This document shows, piece by piece, positions 1 to 11,872 of a stretch of 64,000 nt of DNA (positions are counted from its first letter, which is position 1; each line of letters starts with the position of its first letter). The notes under the pieces are model-generated. The model was not told the origin of the DNA and searched no databases. It worked only from the letters and a program-made list of their open reading frames with translations. Both the position numbers and the translations under genes were made by a program. Source of the DNA: Amphiscolops sp. MND2022 (taxonomy: Eukaryota); assembly GCA_964187785.1 (NCBI GenBank), contig OZ076411.1, positions 81,344,001 through 81,408,000 of the forward strand, given 5' to 3'.

Positions 1-711
1 CTTGGCATTTTGATTTAGAAAACCAATGAAACTGTCAATGGATTCGAAACTGGTCTACAATTGCGAATACTCGGAAGCAGTCAACTGTATAACACCCTTT
101 CTCAAAAGTTTGTGACTACCAACCTGCTTGAATTCATCTTTGACTAATTTTATTCTGACATCAGCGTCACGCGTTACCCCCGAGGTTGTTGTAACTGAGA
201 GGTACAAATTCGAGGATAGGGTTAGCTGTAGATTGTTTTTCTCGAGCACTTTTTCTCGAGCCCGGTGATTCAGTTTGTAAGACCTTTGATGATTCGGACA
301 AACTCTTGTTGAAATGTAGCTAAACTGAGACGCTTTGGGGCAACCAAGTATGTCCAAGTCGACCACACTGAAAAAAAAATTTCTCAAGAAAGTGCACTTC
401 TCGGTACCTTTTGTAAAAAATGGTACTGTTTCGAAACCTGAGTTTGAGCCCGTTGAAGAAATTGAAAATGAATGTGTGATCGTAACTCCAGCTTCCCAAA
501 TAATGCCGTGTAGGTAGTCTGTTAACCAGGCGTAAGTATTTTTATTTTCTTCTGCTAATAAAAAAAATTTCACCGGCGTTTGCAAGAGAATAGTGTCTTG
601 ATAGTTGGCGCCTCTAACAGAAACCTCTTTGGGTATAAATTGTTGAGATTTGTGACGGAAACCTTCAATGTCTTTAACTAAGAAATCAGAGTTTAACGTT
701 TGAACGCGTAA
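1..711 (-). pseudogene. Decayed virus/Polinton-like ORF: DEDD-exonuclease-like N-terminal part fused to a PC4-like ssDNA-binding domain
   Basis: The frame is open from 711, beyond the listed 585 start: DFLVKDIEGFRHKSQQFIPKEV...AWLTDYLHGIIWEAG...FFTKGTEKCTFL...DLDILGCPK. I recall this pattern from Polinton-associated exonuclease-like proteins. The C-terminus NLYLSVTTTSGVTRDADVR...RKGVIQLTASEYSQL resembles PC4 (RYVSV...IDIR...RKGISLNPEQWSQL). After the TAG at 55-57 the frame continues (TSFESIDSFIGFL), so that stop looks premature. Confidence 0.55.
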
Positions 712-1055
712 TCAGTGAGAGATATTTTATGGCAGAATGATTGATTCTTCAATGGTCTGACACAATTTCACGGTATCCAATAACAATTAATACTGTCGCA
801 TTTGCATGAATGCTGAAAGCAGAAATTTGAGGATAATCAAGACCACCATCAATTGCAGCAAGCTGTTGTTATCATAATAAGGCAAAATGCCTCCTGCTTC
901 TTCTCTGTGTTCAAAACTAGGGGTATTTTAACCAAATCAGTTTCTATGTTTGAGGAATTCCAGAAACGGTCCAGGATGAGGAGTGTCCTTGTCAACCCTT
1001 TTTCCCAAAACAGAAAATATAAAATGACGTTAACATCTAAGGTAACTGAATTCAT
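693..1055 (-). pseudogene. Cys-rich orphan ORF with three in-frame stops, part of the virus-like array
   Basis: The listed ORF 849-1055 continues in frame: TTACCN*WWS*LSSNFCFQHSCKCDSINCYWIP*NCVRPLKNQSFCHKISLTDYAFKR*. Its ends overlap both neighbouring ORFs. Confidence 0.4.
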
Positions 1056-1459
1056 CAGTAAATGATTGTTTGAATTTCAAAGCCAATAGGAAACATCGGA
1101 TTCTGCTTAGATGATGATACCTGTGAAGGCAATCTTCGATCGCGTGACCTGCCCCGACTCGTTCATAATTTTCGGCAATCAATCGAGTAGATTCGTGGAT
1201 AACCATGGCTAGCCTGTATACTTTTGACTTTTTGTAGACTTGATTCATTCCGTGGTATGATAATCTTTGGTTGGAGCTGGTTAACTTTGCCTGAAGGTGC
1301 CATATCATGACATAACGCCAAGACATAGTTCCGAAAAGTTAATCTTTCATCTCTTGTATAAATTTTTGCTGAGAGTGAGCATTGTTCTTCGAGTCGTTTC
1401 AAATGTTCGATTGAACATTTGATGTAAACATTTTCCACGTGCATTTTCAGGTAAACCAT
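1030..1459 (-). pseudogene. Orphan ORF, probably frameshifted, in the virus-like array
   Basis: Two overlapping same-strand ORFs (1163-1459 and 1030-1326). The start overlaps the EGF ORF stop and there are no introns. Confidence 0.35.
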
Positions 1460-1704
1460 AGAAAGTTTTCACACCTTTTTCCACCGTAAAGTTCCGGACA
1501 TTCACACGCGACTGTTTCTTGCTCTTCTAGATAAATGCAGTAACCACCACCATTCATGCAATAACCTGTAAATTCTCCTGGACAAGAGTCTGTATTGTTT
1601 CCAGTGTTATTGGTCGTTTCGTTTTGAGAATTTGTAATTAACATTATTGGAGTTGTAAGAATTGCAACAATAAACGTGAATGTCAAAAGCACTACCCAAA
1701 TCAA
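1447..1704 (-). CDS. Small EGF-family (EGFR-ligand-like) growth-factor protein with an N-terminal hydrophobic segment; may be inactivated (TTG start)
   Basis: The hydrophobic N-terminus IWVVLLTFTFIVAILTTPIMLI is followed by an N-glycosylation-rich stalk (NET, NNT x2). Then comes C-x7-C-x6-C-x10-C-x-C-x8-C ending YGGKRCE. Intronless. Confidence 0.75.
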   Translation of the reverse strand: MIWVVLLTFTFIVAILTTPIMLITNSQNETTNNTGNNTDSCPGEFTGYCMNGGGYCIYLEEQETVACECPELYGGKRCENFLWFT

Positions 1705-1808
1705 TTTTGTCTCGTTCGTGTTCTTACAGGGTCAACCGTCTCAAATAACTTTTACGAAACAAATGAATGATCGTTATATAAGAAAACCTTTTTGTACTAG
1801 TTGAGAAT

Positions 1809-1879
1809 GTCTCGTGGCATAGTGGTTAGATACCCTGATTTTCATCCCTGAGGTCCCCGGTTCGAATTCGGGACTTGGC
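1809..1879 (+). mobile_element. tRNA-derived SINE head or tRNA(Glu)-like pseudogene
   Basis: A-box TGGCATAGTGGTTAG, TTC-containing loop and B-box GGTTCGAATTC; the acceptor stem is imperfect. Confidence 0.5.
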
Positions 1880-1965
1880 AAAATTTTTTGTAAAATTTCA
1901 ACCCCCCGTGTTTAGCACGCTCCGGTAATAAATCCAACTACTAACCCTCTATGCTCGCAAAACGC

Positions 1966-2700
1966 CTACAAGGGGCACTTTACTTGAAGAAGTTTTTGAA
2001 AAACATCGCTTAGTGCCGAGAAAGCTGTTAGGTTTCTAACTTTTACAAAACCTTCCTGGTTTAATGCGAGACTCGAACCCACGTACTCCTGCTTCGGCCT
2101 TCCCATATTCGGTGATCGATTCCAGTTTCTCATGACTTCTTTTCTTACTTGCACTCCAGCTTTTGCACCAAACGATTCAGAACAAATTTCGCATTGGAAT
2201 GAGTGGTTAATAGGGCAACTGTGTTTCTTTCTCCATTTGCTGGGGGTTTGATTTGCTTATCACATTTTCGGCATTCGTACCTGAATCCTCCAGCGCGTGG
2301 GCGAGTAATGCTCTTCTTGATTCAACGGGCGTTTGACAATCCTCGCAAAGGTGTTTGACTTACGTCTGTTTTTGTTCAGTTTCTATCGTTGGATCCTTTT
2401 GTTCCTCTTCTGTCGCTTGGTTTGATGTTACGACATACCATGTTCCTCGTCTGGTTCCGACTTCTTGTTCTGTCTGTGATTCAGTCATAGGTGCTCGGGC
2501 TTGAGAGTTGGTCGATTGTTTGATTTCCCGGAACGCACTTGCTGGATTGGTTGCAAGGAAACGCTTTCAAGGAAACGGCTTGCAAGAAAACGCACTTGCT
2601 GATTGGTTAAGAGTGTGATCCATTCTCTCCTGTTCACATTTTCGGTCTGCTCCAAATCCTTTATGGCGTTCGATGCCTCATCCATGCCATCTTAGGCTGG
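1966..2700 (-). pseudogene. Decayed N-terminal zinc-finger region, R2-like (RLE-type) non-LTR retrotransposon remnant
   Basis: Frameshifted pieces LCEDCQTPVESRRALLAH, YECRKCDK...TH and QCEICSESFGAKAGVQV are C2H2-like repeats typical of R2-type ORF N-termini. No RT is visible. Confidence 0.4.
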
Positions 2701-2940
2701 TTTCCAGCTCCATCCTGCTCCAATGTATTGCTGTATCATCTGCAAGAAGGATATGACTGATTCGGGACTAACTCCCGGCGTGTCTTAGGATAAAGTCTTC
2801 AGAATGAACTTAAGTCAGTGATTGTTTTCACGAACGAACCAAAGAGTATTCGCTATTTGACACCATGATTATTATAAAAGTAATGTGATGTAAGAACATA
2901 TTTTCTGACCGGAACTCATTTTTCGGTGAGTGAGTCTTAA

Positions 2941-3503
2941 CCCTAAATGGACCATTGGGACGTATACGTCCCAGTTAACTCTTGCAAATTTCTGAACCAA
3001 TCAGCTGACTGCATGGTACAGAAAATTCTTGAAAAAAAAATTCAGACGATATTACATAGCATTGCATGCCTTTTCACGGAATATTGACACGCTGTCTCCG
3101 AAATTGAAAAATGGGACCAAAAAATTAAAAAATTGAGCGCAGATTTCCGGTTTTTCCAGTTTTCTTTTATGGCTACTTTATCCCACTGGTATTAAGATTG
3201 GGTCAACGTGGCCATAATATGTTTCGAAACATGCTGGAATGCAGTCGGAAACACGAGGCGTGCAAATTTGTGGCAGAAAGTCCGGAGCCAGTGCGGCCAA
3301 GCCGCGCCTCAGCGGAGGTTTTCGCACAAAAAATTTGCGCACAAGGAGCCGGGCTAGCGAGCCCCCAGCCCAGCAGTTCAAAATTCAAATTGGAAGCCCG
3401 GATTGTCTTCTTTCGAACGCGCTATAAATTAGGAGATAATGTGGTTCAGAGTTTAAGCACCAGGTTTTTGGATTAATCCAGGAATTTTCTGGTCCATTTA
3501 GGG
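2941..3503. mobile_element. piggyBac-like MITE
   Basis: TTAA TSD on both sides and TIRs CCCTAAATGGACCA / TGGTCCATTTAGGG. Internal sequence is shared with the elements at 34569 and 62989. Confidence 0.85.
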
Positions 3504-3846
3504 TTAAGCGCAATCGAACAGCACGCAAGGACATAAAAGGGACATATCAAGAAGTGAGCATCAGTTGAAAGAAAAGTTAAGTTTGACAGCTGTAGTTTCG
3601 GTCAGTGAATCTCTTATCCTAAATCTATCTCCTCTAAGAACTCAGTTCAGACCAACTAGCAATCAGATTTGTTTTTTTTTCGTAGTATTGAGGATAGTGA
3701 TAGGATCTGGGAAGCAGAAATACATGGGTTCGAGTCTGCAGTTGACCATTTTTGAAGACTTCCAAATGTAGAGGTCAGACCGGAAAGTCTCCCATTGGGG
3801 TTTCTTTAACATTTTCTGGGTACGTTTTTCGAGCCTTTGCTCTACT

Positions 3847-4561
3847 TGTAACGACCAGCTAGCGACGCACATCTAGGACGAGGGACAATGCCTAGGGTGC
3901 TTAAACAGGAGACCGTTGTCTTACTATATCCCTAGGCACTAGTTTTTGTTCCCAAAATGGTCTCCAAGGGGACTGTTCTTGCATCTAAGGAGGCTCCTCT
4001 AGTTAGAGCTCCGAGGCAACGCGCCGGCACTCTCAACGTCCGGACACGCCCCACAAGCCTGTAAAAACGAATCCTAGGTTCCCAACACATACATTCCTGC
4101 CACCTCCTGCATACTTCCGAGGTCCAAAAAGGTGTCTAGCTGAAAAGCATTATATTCGGAAATCGGGTACCAAAATGGTGATCTAGTAGGTCAGGCATTA
4201 TCCAAATATTCTGCAACTAATGAAATTAAGGTTTACAGTCACAGTCCGGTGTGCGTCGGTGAATTCTTGCCTCTGGCATAGTTCCGTCTCTTCCGGTATT
4301 CTCTCAGAGAGAGGGCATCACACTCTGGTTGTTCGAGATTTTGCAACATCTCGTTCTTTTTCGCGCTTCTTCTTCTGTTCTTCTTCTTTGCTCTCGTTCT
4401 TTTTCTGCTCTCGTCCCTTTTTTGCTATGTCTCCGCGTGGCTTCTTTTTTTTTGTTCATTTTCCCGCACCTACCAGGTCGGCCATTTTGATTGTGCAATT
4501 TCGATATCGTACATTTCGAATTTTTCATCGAAATTTTGCCATGCCAGTGGCTGACGTTACA
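3847..4561. mobile_element. Solo LTR (715 bp)
   Basis: TGTAACG...CGTTACA termini; homologous along its length to 11873-12585. The TSD is not clean. Confidence 0.7.
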
Positions 4562-5570
4562 ACTTAAGCCTCAAACTAGCGCTCTCTGAAATCGTTACAG
4601 GTGTGTTTTTTGTTAAGATGATGCGTTCATGCCAAAAAGGTCCTCTTTTGGAAAGTTTTGGCACTGTGTATTCTTCAAATCAGAACTTACAGAAAAAGAA
4701 ATCACCTCTAAAAAAAGAACGGAGCTGCAAGAGGTATGTGTCTAAAAACGCTGTCCCTGAAAACAACGAAAGTGTAGAGCAAACGACCCTGTAGCAAATT
4801 TTTACACCAACTGAAACATCGAGGAACAACGTTAACGCCACAAAAAGCGGATCTGTAGTGGTCTGTATAAGGTTCAGAAACTTGCTAACGAAAATGATGC
4901 TCCATGCTGACTTGTGTTCCATATTTCAGATTCACCTTGAGTCTGTCCAATTATATTTTGACTTTTGGAGTCTAAATACACATATTGAAACCTATTTTGT
5001 TTCTACAGATTGATTTAGGCTATGATTTTTACTACTGAGTAGTATTCTGTCAAATTTTTGAATGAAAGGGATAGTCGAAACACATTTGTAAAAGTCATCT
5101 GTTTTAGCAACACAAACTGCTAAATGCGAAACGAAACTTAAACTAAATAGTCTTCGTATTGAGAACCAATTTCCAATCACATTCCCATCGGTGGCAGTGA
5201 CGCATTTCGCAGTGACAAAAAATATTCAAAGCAGTCGTTAAAGTCATTTGAAAATCAGACTTCAAACTTGTAGTGTATTGCTTGAGAGCACCACATTTAC
5301 CCCTCGACGCATTTGCTATCGGAGGATGTAGTTCAGTTTTTTCGAACAACGAATTTATGATCTATAAATGACAAACCCATAAAACGGATGACTTGAAAAA
5401 CTATGAAGAAGCTTCAAAATTCAACAACATGGCAGCGCAACAGCTAGAAACAACAGCAGTGTGGTTCATATATATTTTAACATCCATGAGCTGAACAAGA
5501 CGCCCGCTAAACACCGGGATATTTTCCGCCCTGTTCGCCTTCACAAACTGAGCCATAGCTATTTTGGGAG

Positions 5571-5712
5571 GGGGGAAAAGGATCTAAAGAATAAGATCTA
5601 AAATTTAGTGATTTTAGATCTTATTCCTTTTAGATCGTATTCCCGCCCTGAAATTTTAGATCTTATTCCCTTTAGATCTTATTCCCTTTTTTGACTTCAG
5701 ATATTATTCCCG
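5571..5712. repeat. Short inverted/tandem array of TTTAGATCTTATTCCC units (foldback MITE remnant)
   Basis: The left side has GAATAAGATCTAAA and the right side repeats TTTAGATCTTATTCC(C); the same motif occurs near 16702. Confidence 0.55.
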
Positions 5713-6079
5713 CTGTATGCTATTTTTGTTACTTGACTATTTTAGTTACTAGTAGCTATATAAAATAGTCAAGTAATCAAAACGTGGAGGTTGTGGAGAT
5801 TTGGCAAAAATTTGGAAAAAAAACGCGTCACAGATCATGATTTTCCTCCCCCATTTTAAAAATGTGTGGTAGGAAAATAATAACAGGAAATGAAAACTTT
5901 CGAAAAGTAACTAACGTCCCTATTGTGAGTTGGAAGCTACAGTAGTATCAACCAGTGACATAGAGTCCAAAAATGAATTTCCAAAAAACAGTAATCGGCA
6001 GAGTTTCATTCGCTCGGCGACATTGTCTGCCTAGATAGCAGCTTCAGATCACGAAGTAACTAGCGAACGTGCATTGAAC

Positions 6080-6638
6080 GCACTCATGGACCATTAAAGT
6101 ACTTGGGAAACAAGCATGTTTTACGAACACTGGGAGAAAACAATTTCCTAGAGTCCGCCTTTTTGCCATTCCCAATTTTATCAGGACACATTGAAAAATT
6201 TCACAAAAATGTTACACGTAATCTGAAGGTAAGTTGGTTCAGAAGAAAAAGATAGGCTAACAAGAAGCGTTCCATTTTCAGAAAACTTGGAATACAGATT
6301 GGTGGATTGCAGGTTAGTCGAAATTGTTCGACTTCGGTTAAATATCCAGGTTTTTGAATTGATGCAACAAAGTATTGCTTCTGAAGATCAGCCCAATGTT
6401 CAGTTTAGAGAATGAATTCAATCAAATAAGGCGTAAATTGGCTTGCTGAAGAGTTTGAAAGAAAAGGAGAACAACAAATACCATGAATGCAACTGTCTCT
6501 AAAGAGAGTCAATTTAACGTAAACCTCATGAAAACAAAGTTTCATGTTTTCCAGTAAATCAGTACACGTAGGTTTCGGAGCGATGAAATTGGATTTTTTG
6601 CGATGAACTGATTTAGCGGAGTCATGAATGTTTCCCAA
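6080..6638 (-). pseudogene. Decayed orphan ORF
   Basis: The listed ORF 6405-6638 continues in frame past isolated stops (...FIL*TEHWADLQKQYFVASIQKPGYLTEVEQFRLTC...). No family recognised. Confidence 0.25.
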
Positions 6639-7000
6639 TCAATTGCAACCCGTTGAATGTTTCCCAATCAATTGCAAATGGACTGCGGTGAATTGACAGG
6701 AAAGTGAGTTTGCTTAGAAAAGTGATTTCTTTTCGTTTCGCATGAAGTCCTCGTCTAAATGGAGACACTTTGAGCATTTTTTTCTTGTATAGCATTCAAA
6801 ACGCCGAAAGCAAACGACAATGTTTCTAGCCTAGAGGTTTTTGCGATGCAGGAGATTTCCGAATATGAATTACGCCGAAGTTTCATTTCTTGGCTTGAAG
6901 ATTTTTTTCGTATTTTTCCTGAGTGGAATATTTAATCTCGACAAAATCACCAAAAGTTAAAAGTTACTTGCTTAAAAAAAAACAAGTCACAAAGTTCCAG

Positions 7001-7106
7001 TGAAAGTGGAAAACCAGAGCGTGCTTTTAGTTCCTTTTCAGCAGATTTCCATATGAAAGTGGAAAACCAGAGCGTGCTTTTAGTTCCTTTTCAGCAGATT
7101 TCCATA
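7001..7106 (+). repeat. Perfect 53-bp tandem duplication
   Basis: TGAAAGTGGAAAACCAGAGCGTGCTTTTAGTTCCTTTTCAGCAGATTTCCATA occurs twice. Confidence 0.95.
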
Positions 7107-7451
7107 AAACGTCAAATCACAGCCAATGACAACAAAGTGTTTTTGAAGTTGTCCTTTTCAGAGCACTTGAATAAAGCCATGTCATACTTGCGAGCCATAG
7201 AAAACGTTTGATAACATAGTACCAAAATATAGGTTATATTTGACATCCCATGGAAAGAACCAAGGAACAGCTGGTTTGAGAGAGATGAAACATCAAATCG
7301 ATTTGTTCAAGATGACTGAACTATTTTAGTTACGAGCTACCTACTTAACACTTAGGTTCATGTAACGCAACGACGCTTTCTCGATAGGTTCGACATCAAA
7401 CAAAATTGAAACATTGCCCAAAACTAAAAAGCATTGTCTATTTAACATTTG

Positions 7452-7648
7452 NNNNNNNNNNNNNNNNNNNNNNNNNNNNNNNNNNNNNNNNNNNNNNNNN
7501 NNNNNNNNNNNNNNNNNNNNNNNNNNNNNNNNNNNNNNNNNNNNNNNNNNNNNNNNNNNNNNNNNNNNNNNNNNNNNNNNNNNNNNNNNNNNNNNNNNNN
7601 NNNNNNNNNNNNNNNNNNNNNNNNNNNNNNNNNNNNNNNNNNNNNNNN
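7452..7648. other. Assembly gap (run of N)
   Basis: N bases; ORFs listed across this gap are artefacts. Confidence 1.
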
Positions 7649-8072
7649 TGTCAGAGTCGTGATTTGATGTAGAGTTGATTCGTACTGTTTTCGTCGGAGT
7701 ATAGAAACTCCTTGTTTCATTTTCCGTTTCATCTATTGTGCTATTTCTCACATTTTCTCCTGTTTCAGATCTTAAGAGCTTCAACATTTCCCTTTGAGAT
7801 TCCATAAGAAGGCTTTTGATCTCAGATGTGATCTCCTCTTTCAAAGAGACTCTCAAACTCTCCAAGACACTGTTCTCTACCCTAGGCGATTTTGGTTTTG
7901 ACGGACCTGCGACAACTACATCTTGATCCAAAGAACAAGAGTTTTTCGCTAAGACTGGTGAAATAAACCCTTCACTTACGTTTTCAACAACTTCTTGTTG
8001 ATTGTTCCTTCTTTTCTGTCTTCTAGTAGTAGACATTCCGATGTAGAGAGAAATTGATTTTTGACAATTCAA
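7649..8072 (-). mobile_element. N-terminal ORF fragment, probably the gag-side ORF of an LTR retrotransposon, cut by the gap
   Basis: An open, low-complexity or coiled-coil frame MSTTRRQKRR...LESLRVSLKEEITSEIKSLLMESQREMLKLL. There is no diagnostic motif; the assignment is from recollection of similar repeats. Confidence 0.3.
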
Positions 8073-9223
8073 TTTACTTTCGGAGTATTTTCAGCAAAGT
8101 TGAGATTGAGAATTGGAAAATTGAACAAGTTATGAGATAACTGATTTTCACAATTGGAAAAGACTGAGTCCCTTAATCATCCAATTTTACCGTGTTTATA
8201 CCCTCCCAGCATCATTTGATCACGACTATAATCCCTAATTTTCCTCGAACAATTAGTCATTTTCTCTTTTGCCGATGAAAAAATCACGAAGTTCCCAATT
8301 TTGCGTCGACATTTTGTCAAATTTTAGGACACGATGATTTTAATTTAGCATTAGTCATCAATCATGATCATATCATTTCATCCCGGCGTGCTTTTGCTTC
8401 CTCCCAAGCAGGAAGTAGATATTACTTCAGTCTGTCAAACCGGAAATACTTCCCTGTTTTACTGCTTTGGTTCGCGGGAAATTGACGCTGAGATGACGCT
8501 GACGTGAACAACTAATACTTGATTTTGAATTTCAGCATGAGCAAAAAAATGACTAACTTCCAAATTATGATTACTTAAACGATGCTAGGAACGATACTTT
8601 TATGGATTTGGACTCTTTCTTTTCGTTAGGAACAAAATTAGGATCACAGTACCGAATATATTCATCATCAACAATCTTGGCATGTCGCGACAAGTGCGAC
8701 AAGTTTTACAAGAGTGATAACAATAACAACAAAACATCAAATATAGCGTTTACGCTATTAATGCGCTTCAGCATCGATGATCATATTCATGAAAAATAAC
8801 AGTTAACGTTATGTAAAACGAGCTAGTACAAATTAACAGGTTGCAAATCTAGGCTTCACGACACTGTTGGAGTGTAGAAAAATATCTCATGTAGCAAAAC
8901 CATGGTTACTTGTTTAATAACAAGAGAATAAACTGTGACTCTTATTCATATAGGGTACTGAAAAATTCCAATTAGAAAACATTCCCTGCCGTAGATTCAG
9001 GTGAGCAATATTTTAATTGTCGTGAGACTAACGCGAATCGTTACTCCTTCACTTTTTATTAGAACTGATTCAGAACGGATATTTTCCCATATGGATCATT
9101 TTTGGATAAATATCCATTTTTCTATCCTAGACAGATTAAAACAATTGAATTTGATAGGTTCTTAACGTTACTTTAGCGTAATTTCTTTAGTTTAATAGAG
9201 CGAATTTACCTAACTCATCCAAT

Positions 9224-9316
9224 TTCATAAACTTGTCAACGTCATGTTGACGAGTTTTCTTGGCGGAATTTAAGCTTCATAAACTTGTCAACGTCATGTT
9301 GACGAGTTTTCTTGGC
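9224..9316 (+). repeat. 41-bp direct repeat, each copy containing GTCAAC-N5-GTTGAC dyad symmetry
   Basis: TTCATAAACTTGTCAACGTCATGTTGACGAGTTTTCTTGGC at 9224 and 9276. Confidence 0.9.
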
Positions 9317-10573
9317 AGAGTAGAGATTTTGACTAGTTTGACGCAATACTGACGAGTATCTTAAGAATGGCTTCTTAGCTAGCTGCCGGCGCTGTGACAT
9401 CACAGTGGCAGTAAATTGGAATGATTTCTAGTAATGCTATTAGTATAGGCGGATAATTGGAATCATTTTCTGGTACGCATAGACGAGGCAGTGACGTCAA
9501 TTGGTATACCTTCAAACTTGTCTGCGTCTTACTGACGACAAATATACATGTATACTTATTTTCTCCGCTGCTTTGTTTACTCAGCGTATTATTGACGTCC
9601 TAAACCACACTAATTGCAGTTCAAAGAGTAATTAAGCTGCCTTTCTTAGAAAAGGCTCAGTTTCTTCGGCGTGCCATCTCAGTGTATTTTCTATTTTAGA
9701 TCAAATTGATGTTCTTTTGGGAGATGATTTTGACTACGTTTTCATTAAGATTAGACTATGATTTCCTTGTTTTAGAACGTATTTTAATTTAGTTTTCAGG
9801 TGGCGAATGTTGCTATTTTGACGTGGCGAATACGTCTTACCAGAAATGCGTGAAATCATTTTGGCTCATTTCATTCTCTGTTTTCATTTTCATTTGAAGT
9901 TTGCGCAATGTAGACGTATTTTTACGTTTTTAGTCACAGTTTATTTCAAAGTTAATGTTTAAAGTTTTCAAGTTAACAGTTAAAGTACCATTTTGGGAAT
10001 CGCAGATTGCAGCCATGCCCTCTTCCAATCCCGATTCTTTTGCAGCTGCAACCCAGACCACGGAGCGGGCTGTGACAAGAGGGCAAGAGAAAGCCTAGTT
10101 ATAATTTTGTAACAATCAGTTTACGGCAGAATCAATAAAACGTCCGCAAAAAGTCATAGCTTTGAATAAAGTACTGCTGCTGCTGCTGGCAATTGGTTTT
10201 CGAAATACGGGAATGCAAACATACCCAGATAGAACCTCGAAGTACCCAACATTCTCAAAACTATTGTTGAGCAGGTAACCGCAAAAGTTAACAAGCAGAT
10301 GTCTGTCATTGATAATAGATCCTCAATGGTAACGAAAAGTATCATTTTCATCAATTGCATCTCTAGAAAGTTCTGTGAGAAAGTTTTGGTGGTGAAAACC
10401 TAGACAATAGCCAATAGACACTCCCAACTGAAACAATTAAGTTCTGCTTTATGTTTCAACTGGTCAGATTGCACTATTGTTTATGACGTCCAGCACAGGA
10501 AGCACTGTCTAGAGCAGGGAAAATGCGTAGGTTGTCTATAGAGGAGACGTTTGTCGTACAGTAACCTAAAAAG

Positions 10574-11452
10574 ATGGAAAAAGAAACCGATTTTTCTACA
10601 TATACAGGTTCATTCAAGATACTTTTCAATACCCAAAAATATTTGAAGCTGGGTAACGTACATCTAGATGTGCTCGATAGAGAGTGTGTCATAGAGAACG
10701 CTAAACGTTTTCTTACTGACACTTACAGATACTTGAAAACGAACACAAAGGTACTCGATCCTGTCAGTAAACACACCGGATCAAGGATTCAACGAGACCG
10801 TGACCTGTGGAATATTTCATACGATGTACGAATTTACCATTTTCTTGAAAGTTTACCATTTTCGGGAAATTTGGCTTGGATTCTCCCTTTCCTGTTCTAC
10901 AGGCTGTCTTCAACAATATCTGAATTATACGAGTATATGCGTTGGGGTGTAATCGGGTGTCGAATGTAGGGTGGTGTTCGCTATTCTTTCTATCCATTAC
11001 TGATTTTGGTATCTGCCAATCTGCAAGAACACGTCATTTTTGTGCTGTATTCTGAAGACAGTTTGGTCACTAGCATGGTGGATCTATAACAACACTCGGC
11101 GAGCCGTTTCAAACCATCAATCAGAACCTTACTTACCTACTCAAGAATCAAGACAAGTTTTTAAAAGATGACCACTTGACTTCCTATAATTCCGCATTCA
11201 GAATGTGTTCACAATGCAGAATCAGTACTTAAAAACTCCTGGAATCGCCCGTTCGAGGATTTTGCAAGTTTCCATAAAAGAGATTTTTTTGTCTTTGATT
11301 GGGCACCGAAGGCGATCTTCATTCCCACACGTGATCTGGTGGTTGGTCTCCAACGTGTAATTGCCCGTTTGGCAGAAATGCTCCTTTGGTGGATACAAAG
11401 TCATCGCAGTTGTTCCAGACTATTTTTCATTCGACTAAAGAAATTAGCGTAA
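10574..11452 (+). pseudogene. Second array of decayed, abutting, intronless orphan ORFs (virus-like)
   Basis: ORF 10574-10969 continues past stops and a frameshift. A frame ending FKR-TGA (11169-11171) overlaps an ATG at 11168 (ATGA). That ATG opens MTT*LPIIPHSECVHNAESVLKNSWNRPFEDFASFHKRDFFVFDWAPKAIF...LLWWIQSHRSCSRLFFIRLKKLA*. Confidence 0.4.
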
Positions 11453-11872
11453 GGGTTCCACTGAAGACTTCGACCCTTGAAATTCGACGAATTGAAACAG
11501 CGGCTCGATTTTTGAAAAGTGGCCTGTAATGGTTGATTAAGTTCTGTCGATCCATGTCATCGATCCATGTCATCTGAGAGATGATAAAAACAGACGGATA
11601 GTGCATAGTAAATTGATTAATGAGAAAAGAGAGGCAGGACTCAGCCTAATAGCGCCTTACACAGTTTTTGGATTTCAGTTGTAAATGTGTAGGAAGTCTG
11701 CAAGTTCTTTTGTTTACAGGACGATCATTTCCAAACAAAACGCAGTGCTTTTTGAGGTTTTTGGCAATTAAAGAATAAGAAGCAGTGCTTTACCCTTCTT
11801 GCGTGTTCGAATTGTTCCATATAACATTACATATCTTATATTCATTTCATGTGAGGGCATCATCATAGATTC

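Noticed and set aside
1809-1879. Functional tRNA genes here and at 32538-32609
   Set aside because: The acceptor and anticodon stems are poorly paired; they are treated as SINE heads or pseudogenes.
5494-5529. 33/36-nt match to 15315-15350 (minus), giving a shared NKTPAxHRDxFR peptide
   Set aside because: It begins with AACAAGACG like the termini of the AACAAG transposon family, so it is more likely a non-coding element end than a protein motif.
7341-7732. ORFs running through X residues
   Set aside because: They span the assembly gap; the two sides need not be contiguous.
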